DNA of 64,000 nucleotides from Anaerolineae bacterium (GTDB lineage: Bacteria; Chloroflexota; Anaerolineae; Aggregatilineales; UBA3940). The stretch is from assembly GCA_034435015.1 (NCBI GenBank), contig DAOTYH010000069.1, positions 21,312 through 85,311 on the forward strand. The letters run 5' to 3'. The notes below the pieces were generated by a model, which had not been told where the DNA came from, ran no database searches, and was given only the letters and a program-made list of their open reading frames with translations. The position numbers and the translations under genes are program-made. Below, in pieces: positions 37,574 through 47,905 of this stretch (its first letter is position 1; the number at the start of each line of letters is the position of its first letter).

Positions 37574-37687
37574 GGCTGTTTCCTCCTCACCTCAAGAAGC
37601 CATCATGCCGATTATACGGCAAGGGGGGCGGGAAATAAAGCACGAAAGAAAACAAGACGGCTCAGCCCTGGCCGGCAGAGGCAAAAT

Positions 37688-37716
37688 TTGCACTTTTTGT
37701 ACAAACTTTGTATAGT
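37688..37716 (+). promoter_or_regulatory. Sigma-70-like promoter for the ABC-2 exporter genes
   Basis: TTGCAC (37688-37693), a 17-nt spacer and TATAGT (37711-37716) lie in an AT-rich island. The spacer contains the palindrome TTTGTACAAA. Confidence 0.4.
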
Positions 37717-37772
37717 TTATGTGTAGCTTGGGCGGCGGAATGCTGAAGACCTGTTGTATAGGAGAATAAAGG

Positions 37773-38738
37773 ATGTCCACCCGTGAGATCGTAGTCGAGA
37801 ACCTGACCAAGTATTACCCCGGTGATGTCCGTGCCGTAGACGGCGTGAATTTCACAGTCAAGGCTGGCAGTATTTTTGGCTTTCTAGGTCCGAACGGCGC
37901 GGGCAAAAGCACCACCATCAAAATCCTGACTACGCTGGCTTTGCCTACCAGCGGAAGTGCCCGCGTAGGCGGCTTTGACGTTGTCTCACAGGCCCGTGAG
38001 GTGCGGCGGATCGCAGGGGTGGCCCTGCAAGACATCGGCCTTGACCCGCTGATGAAGTCAGTCGAACTGCTCGCTTTGCAGGGGCAGTTGTTTGGCATGA
38101 GCCGCAAAGCCGCCGTGAAGCGTGCGCACGAACTGCTGGAGCTGGTCCGGCTGACCGACGCTGTCGGGCGGCGTGTTGGCACTTACAGCGGCGGCATGAG
38201 GCGGCGGCTTGATCTGGCTCTGTCGCTGGTACATCAGCCCGAAATCCTGTTCTTGGATGAGCCGACTACCGGCCTCGACCCGGCCAGCCGGCGTGACGTG
38301 TGGGAGGAGGTGCGCCGCCTCAACCGCGAGCTGGGCATGACGATCTTCCTGACCACCCAGTACCTTGAGGAGGCTGACAGGCTGGCCGATGTAGTTGCCA
38401 TCATTAACAAAGGTGTCATTGTTGCCGAGGGTTCACCTGCCCGCCTCAAGGCGGCGGTTGGCACTGAGTCGATCAACGTGGCCTTTGACAGCCACGAGAC
38501 CGCCGGGCGGGCTGGCGCTGTGCTGGCTGATATGGCTCAGCGTATCCAGACTGACCGCGACACACTGCGGCTGTACATGAGTCAGGCGGCACAGGCGATC
38601 CCGGCGGTAGTCAGCCGTCTCCAGCAGGCTGATCTCAGCCCGATCTCTCTGACGCTTACCCAGCCCACACTGGATGATGTGTTTCTGCAAGTCACCGGAC
38701 AGCGCTTGCAGGCACAGGATGCGGCGCAGGCGGCCTAG
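37773..38738 (+). CDS. ABC transporter ATP-binding protein (DrrA/ABC-2 type)
   Basis: Walker A is GPNGAGKST, the signature is YSGGMRRRLDLA, and Walker B is LFLDEPTTGLD. Confidence 0.95.
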   Translation: MSTREIVVENLTKYYPGDVRAVDGVNFTVKAGSIFGFLGPNGAGKSTTIKILTTLALPTSGSARVGGFDVVSQAREVRRIAGVALQDIGLDPLMKSVELLALQGQLFGMSRKAAVKRAHELLELVRLTDAVGRRVGTYSGGMRRRLDLALSLVHQPEILFLDEPTTGLDPASRRDVWEEVRRLNRELGMTIFLTTQYLEEADRLADVVAIINKGVIVAEGSPARLKAAVGTESINVAFDSHETAGRAGAVLADMAQRIQTDRDTLRLYMSQAAQAIPAVVSRLQQADLSPISLTLTQPTLDDVFLQVTGQRLQAQDAAQAA

Positions 38739-38778
38739 CAGGCTAAGAACCAACTGGAAAAAGAGAGGTACGGCAATT

Positions 38779-39612
38779 ATGGCAACACAGGTTTATACCC
38801 AGCAGACAATCCAATTAAAGGATGAAACATCCGGGCCGAAGGTATGGCTTCCCATGCAAATCGCGTTGCTGACATGGCGCAACTTGGTGACGATCTTTCG
38901 CAAGCCGGAGGCACTGTTGCCGCCGGTAGCGATCAGTGTCTTCTTCCTCATCATCTACCGTTCGACGCTGGGACGGGCGGCAGGTTACATCCCAGATATT
39001 GGCGGCAGTTATTTGGGGTTTATTCTGCCGCTGTCTATTGTCAGTTCATCCCTGTCAGGGGCAGGCGTGGCCGCCCAGAATCTGGTACGTGATATCGAGA
39101 AGGGGTACTTTGACAAGCTCCTGCTGACTCCGGTCAGCCGGTCGGCGCTGTTGCTGGGGCCGATTCTGGCCGGTGCGGTGATCCTTGGCCTGCAGGCCAG
39201 TATTGTGACGGGCGTTGGATTAGCTATGGGCCTGCAACCTGCTACCGGCCTGCCCGGCCTTCTGGCTGTGATCGGGCTGGCCGTACTGCTTGGTACAGGC
39301 TTTGCCGGCTTCACCGTCTCGGCGGCGCTGGGGAGCGGCAATGCGGCGGCCACGCAGGGGGCCAGTTTTATCTTCTTCCCGCTCACTTTTCTGGCCCCTA
39401 CCTTTGTTCCGCTGAATCTGCTGGACGGCTGGCTCAGGACGGCGGCGACCGTTAACCCGATCACGTATGTCATCGAGGCCATGCGGGCGCTGATCAACAC
39501 CGGCTGGGATGGCGCGGCGCTGGGAAAGGGTGTGCTGGCCTGTCTGATTCTGGCAACGGCGATGTACGTTCTAGCCTTCTATGCCCTGCGGGTGCGCACC
39601 CGACGCACGTAG
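38779..39612 (+). CDS. ABC-2 type transporter permease
   Basis: It has six hydrophobic helices. The ATG at 38779 is preceded by AAGAGAGG. It lies directly downstream of the DrrA-like ATPase. Confidence 0.85.
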   Translation: MATQVYTQQTIQLKDETSGPKVWLPMQIALLTWRNLVTIFRKPEALLPPVAISVFFLIIYRSTLGRAAGYIPDIGGSYLGFILPLSIVSSSLSGAGVAAQNLVRDIEKGYFDKLLLTPVSRSALLLGPILAGAVILGLQASIVTGVGLAMGLQPATGLPGLLAVIGLAVLLGTGFAGFTVSAALGSGNAAATQGASFIFFPLTFLAPTFVPLNLLDGWLRTAATVNPITYVIEAMRALINTGWDGAALGKGVLACLILATAMYVLAFYALRVRTRRT

Positions 39613-39783
39613 TCTCAGCTAACATACATCCTTAGATCGTCGGGGCGACCGCCGGCCTATGGCTGACGGTCGTTCTTCGGTCTGAAGGAGAGGGTAGCTG
39701 AATCGGTCTGCCCTCATGTCTGCTTGCCTCCGGATGACCTGATCAATACACTGAAGGGGACATAATCAGTATCCTGATCAGGC

Positions 39784-40044
39784 ATGAACGGGGGGAATAT
39801 GCGCCCAACGGTGCGGGAGGGGACCATTGTCCTGCGTGTGTGGGATAAGGGGCTGACTGAGTTTCAGCAGTCTTTCACTACCATGGATGAGCTGTTCGAC
39901 CTGTGTCTGCGTGCCGGCGACCCGGCCGTCGTGGATCGGGTTATTTTGCGCGGGACGGATGAGCAGGGTGAGATGCGCACCCTGATCTTCACCTTTCAGT
40001 CTGTATCCGGTGTAGAGGGCGGAACACCGTTAGAGCAGGGCTGA
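39784..40044 (+). CDS. Small hypothetical protein
   Basis: This is an ORF only, with no recognisable motif. An alternative ATG at 39799 follows GGGGGG. Confidence 0.35.
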   Translation: MNGGNMRPTVREGTIVLRVWDKGLTEFQQSFTTMDELFDLCLRAGDPAVVDRVILRGTDEQGEMRTLIFTFQSVSGVEGGTPLEQG

Positions 40045-40045
40045 G

Positions 40046-41398
40046 CTACTCTGGCAGGGGGCCTGTTCCCTCGATGGGGGCTGAAGGCAGTGTGCCGGTT
40101 GAGCGGGGGTGTGCCAGCGGGAGGGCAAGTGTGAAAGTGCTCCCCTGCCCCAGGCCGGCACTCTCGGCCCAGATGCGCCCCCCCTGCCGTTCGATGATCG
40201 CTTTGGCGATGCTCAACCCCAGCCCCAGCCCGCCCTGATGCCGGGTCAGGGGGTCTTCTACCTGATAGAATTGTTCGAAGATGCGTTCTAACTGATCAGG
40301 CCGCATACCGACGCCGTTATCTCGTACCTCAACCCATACCTCTCTGGGCCGCTCTTCAACTGAGATCACGATCTTGCCGCCGGCGGGCGTGAACTTGATC
40401 GCGTTGTTGACGATGTTGGTCAGTGCCAGCTCAGTCTTGCCGCGGTCAACCTTCACCTCGATGGGGTGGGGCGGGCGGTTGCACAGCATGTCCTGTCCTT
40501 TGGCTTGAGCCAGCGAGATGGCATCGGTGTAGACGGCATCCAGAATCTCGTTCAGCATGACCGGCTGTAGTTTCAGCTCTGATTCGTCAACTTGCACATA
40601 GCGCAGGTTGGTCATTCCCTCGATTAGATTGCGCATGTGCAGTGCACTGTTGAGGACAGCCTCCGCATGGGCGACGGCCTCCTGATCCTGTATATCCTCC
40701 TTCAAGAAGGAGGCATACCCCAGAATCATGGCCAGCGGGGTGCGCAATTCATGGGAGGCAATCGAGATGAAATCGTTCTTCAGCTTGTGTAACCTGTCAA
40801 GGTCTTCGTAGGCCTTATGCAGGGCGGCGATGAGCTGGGCGTTCTCAATGGCTACCGCCGCCTGAGAGGCCAGTATGGTGATGTGCCGTGTATCATCCTC
40901 GTCGAAACGCCCCTCGTGTTTGTTCAGCACTTCCAGCACCCCGACCAGCTTATCCTTAATCCGCATGGGGACACCCAAGATCGAGCGGGTGTAGAAATCT
41001 ATCTTCTCATCTACCTGCCCGAAGTGGCGCGGGTCGCTGTGCGCATCGTCAATGATGAGGGCGCGGTTCTCCATGATGATCGTGCCGGCGATACTGCCCT
41101 CGATAGGCACAATCATCCCAATTAGGTTCTTGGCGGCTGAGCCGGTAGCGGCCGCAAAGCGTAACTCTCCGCTGTTTTTATCCACCAGCAGGATCGAGGC
41201 GGCCTCGGCGCCGGTGATCTCAGTAGCAGACTCCATGATGTACTGAAGGAGCGGCTGGAGCTTGAGCGTTGAGTTCATCACGAGGCTGACCTCAACCAGG
41301 CGGTTGAGGGCGTTGATTTTACGTTCCAGCCCCAAGGGACTGGCTGTTAGTGGTGTTCCCTGAGCAGACATGGCGCACCGCCTCATATGGCCTGACAC
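40046..41398 (-). CDS. GAF-domain sensor histidine kinase
   Basis: The GAF region contains SILLVD...ILGVPM...GVLEV. The H-box is SHELRTPLAMI. HATPase motifs are NNAIKFT and GLGLGLSIA. Confidence 0.9.
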   Translation of the reverse strand: MSGHMRRCAMSAQGTPLTASPLGLERKINALNRLVEVSLVMNSTLKLQPLLQYIMESATEITGAEAASILLVDKNSGELRFAAATGSAAKNLIGMIVPIEGSIAGTIIMENRALIIDDAHSDPRHFGQVDEKIDFYTRSILGVPMRIKDKLVGVLEVLNKHEGRFDEDDTRHITILASQAAVAIENAQLIAALHKAYEDLDRLHKLKNDFISIASHELRTPLAMILGYASFLKEDIQDQEAVAHAEAVLNSALHMRNLIEGMTNLRYVQVDESELKLQPVMLNEILDAVYTDAISLAQAKGQDMLCNRPPHPIEVKVDRGKTELALTNIVNNAIKFTPAGGKIVISVEERPREVWVEVRDNGVGMRPDQLERIFEQFYQVEDPLTRHQGGLGLGLSIAKAIIERQGGRIWAESAGLGQGSTFTLALPLAHPRSTGTLPSAPIEGTGPLPE

Positions 41399-41558
41399 AG
41401 CACGGGATGACCCTGTTGCAACTGTACATCACATTAGCAGGCGGCGCAATGGAGGTGAGTGTGAAAGTCAGCGGCTTGTGTCCCCTGTCAACCGTGCCGG
41501 TAAAAGATAAAATAGGGACCACAGCCATATCATCGAGGGCAAGGAGGAGAAACGACAT

Positions 41559-41996
41559 ATGCCAGTTCCCTATGTTTATGTGGCCGGCCCGCTCTTTAAC
41601 TCTCATGAACGTGAATACATTGAACGGATTGCCGCCGCGCTGGAGGCCGCCGGTTACAGAACCTTTGTGCCGCACCGGGACGGCGATCATCCCGCACCTG
41701 AAAACGAGACGCCGGAGGAGCGCTTTCACCGTATCTTCCACACCGACCTGAATGCCATGATACAGGCCGACTTTGCCACTGCCCTGTTGACAGGCGCTGA
41801 TACTGACTCAGGCACAGCCGCCGAAGTGGGCTGGATGGCCGCTATGGGGAAGCCGGTTTACGGCATTACAGATGACTTCCGTAAGCCGCTGAACATTATG
41901 CTGTGGGGCTTCTGCAGAGAGGGCAAACTAGTTGCCCGCACCATTGATGAGTTGATCGAAATGGTCAAGAAATATTCCCCAATCACGGAGAGTTGA
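41559..41996 (+). CDS. Nucleoside 2-deoxyribosyltransferase-like protein
   Basis: YVAGPLFNSHEREY...DSGTAAEVGWMAAMGKPVYG is the family signature. Confidence 0.75.
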   Translation: MPVPYVYVAGPLFNSHEREYIERIAAALEAAGYRTFVPHRDGDHPAPENETPEERFHRIFHTDLNAMIQADFATALLTGADTDSGTAAEVGWMAAMGKPVYGITDDFRKPLNIMLWGFCREGKLVARTIDELIEMVKKYSPITES

Positions 41997-42047
41997 AGCC
42001 GCACGCCCCGCATTGACTCCGCATCCATATCGGGCTATTCTTTACGT

Positions 42048-42141
42048 GGGGGTGGTTCGGTCCCGGTGGACTGCGCGGTCTTCAAAATCGTTGGTGGGTT
42101 GTGGAACAAGCCACGGTGGGTTCGACTCCCATCCACCCCCG
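42048..42141 (+). tRNA. selC: tRNA-Sec (selenocysteine, anticodon UCA)
   Basis: Folded by hand. The acceptor stem is 8 bp (GGGGGTGG/CCACCCCC). The D-stem is 6 bp (CGGTCC/GGACTG) with a 4-nt loop. The anticodon loop is CT-TCA-AA (anticodon at 42082-42084). A long variable arm (GTGGGTTG...CAAGCCAC) and a T-arm GTGGG-TTCGACT-CCCAT follow, with discriminator G. CCA is not encoded. The 8-bp acceptor stem, 6-bp D-stem and long extra arm are the bacterial tRNA-Sec hallmarks. Confidence 0.8.
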
Positions 42142-42328
42142 CCTCCGAGTGCTATCTCGAACCAGCAATGGTTTAGGGATGGCACTCTTGATTCCCCGCC
42201 GGGCGACCTGACGGCTGACAGGTGATCATTGTCACCCTATAGTTGTGATCTTCCTCGTAGTGAAGTATCGCTGGAAGATATATTCTCATGGTGAATGTGT
42301 ATTCGTATAGTTGAATAAGGTTTGGCCC

Positions 42329-42781
42329 ATGGAAGGCTATGACGCTCTGGCGAAGGTGATGAAGGCACTGGCTCATCCGGCGAGGCTGAAAATCCTCCGG
42401 GTGCTTCAGACACATGGGGAAGCCTGTGTATGTCACCTTGAAGCTGTGCTGGGATACCGGCAGGCTTACATCTCTCAACAGCTCATGCGTTTGCGTGAGG
42501 CCGGCCTTGTCATGGATCGGCGTGAGGGGATGAATGTGTTCTACACGCTGGCAGATGAAGCCATTGTACGGATGCTGGATGTCGCTCAGGAGACTGTCAG
42601 CACGCTGGCCAAGGCAAAAGGCAGGAAGGTAGAGCTCTTTGTGCCACCTGAAGGCTCTGCGGTGAACTGTTCTTGCCCCCACTGCCGTCCGCAACTGGAC
42701 GGCCTAATTGCACCGCCGTATGCCAGCACAGCGCCGCGTGCCCGCGTTGGAATTGGGAAGACAAACAAAGCAGAGGTATAG
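42329..42781 (+). CDS. ArsR/SmtB-family metalloregulator with a Cys-rich C-terminal extension
   Basis: LAHPARLKILRVL...GEACVCHL is the HTH with a CVC metal or metalloid site. The C-terminus contains NCSCPHC. Confidence 0.85.
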   Translation: MEGYDALAKVMKALAHPARLKILRVLQTHGEACVCHLEAVLGYRQAYISQQLMRLREAGLVMDRREGMNVFYTLADEAIVRMLDVAQETVSTLAKAKGRKVELFVPPEGSAVNCSCPHCRPQLDGLIAPPYASTAPRARVGIGKTNKAEV

Positions 42782-42784
42782 GCA

Positions 42785-43309
42785 ATGACCCCATCAAGCA
42801 AGGCTCCTGTCGCTGGCTGTTCATGTACCTCAGACCCGTTTGCTGACTTGCCCCCAGAGCTTCGCCCGAGCGGGGGTGACGAGGCGGAGAAACGACAGCG
42901 GTTTGGCTTAAGAAAGGTTACCTGCCCCGGTTGCGGGATGGTCTATACCACCAATCGAGCTACCGATCTGTGCATGGATTGCGAAAGAAAAGGAGTGAAA
43001 ATAGCTCCTCCAGTTGCTGAGCCGAAGGGGAAGGTCAATATGCTTACTGTGAAAGTTCTTGGGCCGGGTTGTTCAAAGTGCGAGTTTCTTGAAGAGCGTA
43101 CACGGCAGGCCCTCGACAAGATCAAGGCCGAGTATCCGGATGTGGAGGCTACCATTGAGAAGATAGGTGATATAGAAGTGTTCATGCAGTATGGATTGCT
43201 CACAACGCCGGGGCTGGTGATCAACGACCGGTTGGTGTGTGCCGGCAGGGTGGCCTCGACTAACACTATCGTGGACTGGATGCGGGAAGCTCTCAGTGAC
43301 CATTCTTAG
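42785..43309 (+). CDS. Zinc-ribbon N-terminal region fused to a thioredoxin-like 'redox-active disulfide protein 2' domain
   Basis: CPGCG...CMDC is a zinc ribbon. MLTVKVLGPGCSKCEFL...TPGLVINDRLVCAGRV follows (CXXC, Thioredoxin_3-type). Confidence 0.75.
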   Translation: MTPSSKAPVAGCSCTSDPFADLPPELRPSGGDEAEKRQRFGLRKVTCPGCGMVYTTNRATDLCMDCERKGVKIAPPVAEPKGKVNMLTVKVLGPGCSKCEFLEERTRQALDKIKAEYPDVEATIEKIGDIEVFMQYGLLTTPGLVINDRLVCAGRVASTNTIVDWMREALSDHS

Positions 43310-43318
43310 GAATTGGCT

Positions 43319-43343
43319 GAGCGCCTATATAGGGCGCTCTTTT
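43319..43343 (+). other. Intra-operon hairpin with a short T-run (possible attenuator or partial terminator)
   Basis: GAGCGCC-TATATAG-GGCGCTC is followed by TTTT, between the first thioredoxin-like gene and the permease gene. Confidence 0.4.
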
Positions 43344-43392
43344 GGCGGTACACCATATTCGAAAAACTAGATATAGTTCGAGGAGATAGAGA

Positions 43393-44871
43393 ATGATAGC
43401 GGAATTTGCCTTGCGTCTGCTACAAGGCGGGCTGGGTAATCTGGCGGCCTATTTGGCCGCCCATGTCCTGCTGTGCCTAGTGCCGGCTTTCTATATCGCC
43501 GGCGCGATGACGGCCTTGATCCCCAAGGAGTCAGTAACCCGCTTCCTGGGGCGCAACACCCCTAAGTTCATCTCTTACCCGGCGGCGGCGCTGGCGGGGT
43601 CGGTGCTGGCGGTTTGCTCATGTACCATCGTGCCGCTGTTTGCCGGCATTTACAAGAAGGGGGCAGGGATCGGCCCGGCCATCACCTTCTTGTTCTTTGC
43701 TCCGGCGGCTAATGTACTGGCGCTGGTCTATACCGGCGGTGTGATTGGCGTTGATTTGGCCTTTGCCCGCCTGTTCCTCTCGCTCGCCTTCGGGATCGGG
43801 ATCGGCATGATCATGGCGCTCATTTTCCGCAAAGAGGATATTGCGCACGATCAGGCCACCGATGCCCTGTTTGCCGGTCAGAGCAAGAAGGGGATGAAGC
43901 GGGCGGCCTTGATCTTCTTGCTGGTGCTGGTGGCGTTGCTGCTGTCGGGAACGTTGAAGATCGGCCTGCTCACCAACTCCTACGGGCAGGTGACAGTGCC
44001 CGTGGCCGGTGTGGATCACTTCCAGGGGGTGCTGGATCAACTAGTGCCGCACGATATGAGCCGGGGCGAAGAAGGGCTGGCTGTGCAAGGGGTGATCCTG
44101 ATTGGCCTGCTGGCGCTCATTGGCCTGTCTGCATGGAAGGGCCTGGAAAATGTCTTCGAGGGCTTCAATGCTTGGACGTGGGCGGCATTGGGACTGACAG
44201 CGTTAACACTGCTGGTTGCCGCGCTCGGTATGCAGGCACAGCCTGAGGGGTTGGTGATCCGTTTTACCGGCAAGTTCTTTGGGGTGATACTGGCCCTGCT
44301 GGTGCTGTTCTACATCGGGTGGAAGCATCTGAACTTTGAGGAACTGAGCGACTGGCTGTGGGAGTCGTGGCGTTTTGTCAAGCAGATCTTTCCGCTGTTG
44401 GTGGTCGGCGTGTTTGCTGTGGGCGTCATCCGTGTGCTGGTCCGCCCGGAGTGGATCGAAACGCTGGCCGGCCAAAACACGCTGTTGGGCAATCTGGCGG
44501 GCGTGGTGTTTGGCGTCTTTATGTACTTCCCGACGTTGGTGGAAGTGCCCATTGCTAACATGTTCCTCAGCTTAGGGATGCATCGCGGCCCCCTGCTGGC
44601 CTACTTGATGGCCGACCCGGAGCTGAGCCTGCAAAGCATCCTGATCCTCATCCCGATCATTGGCCGGCTGAAAGCCTGGACTTATGTGGGGTGGGTAGCG
44701 CTGTTCAGCACACTGGCCGGGTTGATCTATGGCTTTTGGATAGATGGTGTCAGCATCTGGCTGATCGCGGCGGGCGTGATCGCCCTGCTGGCCGTGCTGG
44801 CAGTCGGGTTATGGCTGGCCAGCCGGCGCAGTCGTTTAGCGGCTGTCACTCAGCCCGCTGGGCAGGACTAG
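43393..44871 (+). CDS. UPF0718/ArsP-like permease
   Basis: The protein is polytopic. An intramembrane CSC motif (LAVCSCTIVPLF) is characteristic of this permease family. It is flanked by thioredoxin-like genes. Confidence 0.8.
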   Translation: MIAEFALRLLQGGLGNLAAYLAAHVLLCLVPAFYIAGAMTALIPKESVTRFLGRNTPKFISYPAAALAGSVLAVCSCTIVPLFAGIYKKGAGIGPAITFLFFAPAANVLALVYTGGVIGVDLAFARLFLSLAFGIGIGMIMALIFRKEDIAHDQATDALFAGQSKKGMKRAALIFLLVLVALLLSGTLKIGLLTNSYGQVTVPVAGVDHFQGVLDQLVPHDMSRGEEGLAVQGVILIGLLALIGLSAWKGLENVFEGFNAWTWAALGLTALTLLVAALGMQAQPEGLVIRFTGKFFGVILALLVLFYIGWKHLNFEELSDWLWESWRFVKQIFPLLVVGVFAVGVIRVLVRPEWIETLAGQNTLLGNLAGVVFGVFMYFPTLVEVPIANMFLSLGMHRGPLLAYLMADPELSLQSILILIPIIGRLKAWTYVGWVALFSTLAGLIYGFWIDGVSIWLIAAGVIALLAVLAVGLWLASRRSRLAAVTQPAGQD

Positions 44872-44947
44872 CTGGAAACAATATTTCTGTCCTGAGAACA
44901 ACGTGTGTAAAATGGGGTTGATTCCAAATTCAAATCGAGGAGAGTTT

Positions 44948-45202
44948 ATGCTTACCATTAAGATTCTGGGTACGGGTTGCCCTAATTGCAAGAAAGTTGA
45001 GGAGGTAGCCCGGAGGGCAGTTGCCAGTCTGAGCATCCCCGCTCAGTTCGAGAAGGTGACCAGCATGGCTGACATCATGGCTTATGACATTCTGGCTACG
45101 CCGGGACTGGTGATCAATGAGCGGGTAGTCTGTTCGGGCCGTATCCCGACCGAAGCTGAGGTGACTACGTGGCTGGCAGATGCGCTTGAGTCAGCCGGGT
45201 AA
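44948..45202 (+). CDS. Thioredoxin-like 'redox-active disulfide protein 2' (stand-alone)
   Basis: MLTIKILGTGCPNCKKV...TPGLVINERVVCSGRIP. GAGGAG lies upstream of the ATG at 44948. Confidence 0.8.
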   Translation: MLTIKILGTGCPNCKKVEEVARRAVASLSIPAQFEKVTSMADIMAYDILATPGLVINERVVCSGRIPTEAEVTTWLADALESAG

Positions 45203-45300
45203 CCTCTGAACAGGGCAGGTTGTCCAATTATTCAGCCGTTCGCGGATGGGGCATCCTAAGGGATGCCCTGTCCACTGAGCTGTGTAACAGAGAGAAAGAA

Positions 45301-45705
45301 ATGAAAATAGCCGCTGTAACCGATGATGGGATCACCATCAGCCGGCACTTTGGCCGGGCGCAGTACTACGTTGTGATCACAGTCGAGGATGGCAAGATCG
45401 TTTCACGTGAGATGCGTGATAAGATGGGACATGCCCAGTTTGCTGGACAGCATGAGGAGCACGCGCGTGAGCCTGACCCGCGCGGGCACGGCTTTGACCC
45501 TGCCGCCCAGAATCGTCATGCCCGTATGGCCGCCGCTATTGCGGATTGCCAAGTCCTGCTTGCGGGCGGTATGGGGATGGGGGCTTACGAAAGTATGCGT
45601 CAGGCGGGTATTCGTCCTATTCTTGCCGATGTGGCTGTGATTGATGAAGCCGTGCAGGCTTACCTTGACGGGACTCTGGTTGACCATACTGAGCTGTTAC
45701 ATTGA
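45301..45705 (+). CDS. NifX/NifB-C-like (dinitrogenase FeMo-cofactor-binding fold) domain protein
   Basis: MKIAAVTDDGITISRHFGRAQYYVVITVEDGKIV...CQVLLAGGMGMGAY...GIRPI. Confidence 0.7.
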   Translation: MKIAAVTDDGITISRHFGRAQYYVVITVEDGKIVSREMRDKMGHAQFAGQHEEHAREPDPRGHGFDPAAQNRHARMAAAIADCQVLLAGGMGMGAYESMRQAGIRPILADVAVIDEAVQAYLDGTLVDHTELLH

Positions 45706-45803
45706 TGGCAGGATTCCTCCCGTGCCCTGCTTGGGTTCTGTGCGATCTGTTCTGCTCGATGAGGGCGTTCGGCGGGAGGGTGACTGAGAAGGGCGGTACG
45801 AGC

Positions 45804-46016
45804 ATGAAGAAAGGCATCCAGCTTTGTCTTGAAGATGAGGAGCTGATTGAGCTGGTGCGTATTTTGGTTGATGAAGATGCCGAGGCGGCATTGGCCTTCC
45901 TGAAGAAGCATTTCAAGAGTAAAGCCCGTGAGTTGCTGGAGGGCGGTTGTAAGGTCCTGATCGAGGTCCCCGGCGCGGGAATCCAGCAGGTGAGCGGTAA
46001 CATCTTCAAGAAGTGA
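45804..46016 (+). CDS. Small hypothetical helical protein
   Basis: This is an ORF in operon context only (MKKGIQLCLEDEELIELVRILVDEDAEAALAFLKKHF...). Confidence 0.4.
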   Translation: MKKGIQLCLEDEELIELVRILVDEDAEAALAFLKKHFKSKARELLEGGCKVLIEVPGAGIQQVSGNIFKK

Positions 46017-46025
46017 AAGGGTATC

Positions 46026-46541
46026 ATGTATCTGAGCGCCATCACGTTGACCCGTACTTTGCCCTGTCTGGCTGAGCCGGGCAAGATCATCGTCGTTGGG
46101 AAGCCGTCCAGCCCGTTAAATGAGGTAATCCCTTATCTGGCGGCATTGCCGGACGTGATCGCTTTTAACCCGGATTCTCTCACCGTCACCTTCCGCCGCC
46201 CGCGGGGTTTTCTGACTGTGTACACCGATAAGGTGTACATCACTCAGGTTGCAGACACTGAGGAGGGGCTGGCGCTGTTGGCGGCGCTGAAGGATGCCGT
46301 CAATGCTACGTGGGAGCACCGCGACCGGCTGACGGCTGTGACTCAGCGCCGCCATACCCCGCGTCCTCTTGATGTCTATACGCTGTTACCGCAGACCAAC
46401 TGCAAGCAGTGCGGTGAGGCAACCTGCATGGCCTTTGCGTTTGCACTGCTCCAGCATAGAAGGGGGTTGGACGAATGCCTTCCTCTACAGGGCGATCATG
46501 CTCTTGCTGACCGCCGCGCCGCGTTAGAAGCTATGCTATGA
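46026..46541 (+). CDS. Protein with a putative Fe-S cluster-binding domain (CX2CX4C, RnfB/CdhE N-terminal type)
   Basis: The C-terminal motif is NCKQCGEATCMAFAFALL. Confidence 0.6.
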   Translation: MYLSAITLTRTLPCLAEPGKIIVVGKPSSPLNEVIPYLAALPDVIAFNPDSLTVTFRRPRGFLTVYTDKVYITQVADTEEGLALLAALKDAVNATWEHRDRLTAVTQRRHTPRPLDVYTLLPQTNCKQCGEATCMAFAFALLQHRRGLDECLPLQGDHALADRRAALEAML

Positions 46542-46631
46542 GCGGGGTGCCCCACATCGTTATCAAGCATTCTCGGTAAGTTCGCATTCGAACGTCAAGT
46601 TGACATTGCTAGGCAAGGAGATCAATCACCC

Positions 46632-47720
<1,089 letters not shown>

Positions 47721-47754
47721 CCCGGCAGGAAGGGCGGACAGCCTGATTGGCGCG

Positions 47755-47800
47755 GGGCGCTGGTGCAACAGCACTCTGTTGTGTCAGCGCTCTTTTGTTG
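47755..47800 (+). terminator. Rho-independent terminator after acr3
   Basis: A two-tier hairpin has an outer stem GCGCTG/CAGCGC and an inner stem CAACAG/CTGTTG with loop CACT. It is followed by TCTTTTGTTGTTCTTT. Confidence 0.65.
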
Positions 47801-47905
47801 TTCTTTGGGCTGGGCATCCGGTCTGTGTCTGTAACTTCCCATCGGCTTATACGTAATGATCGTTATGACATCACACGCTCAGATCGCTGGAGAGGCAGAT
47901 TCCTG

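Noticed and set aside
42013-42225. 70-aa ORF from the track
   Set aside because: It is explained by the tRNA-Sec gene at 42048-42141. It has no SD and its composition is not protein-like.
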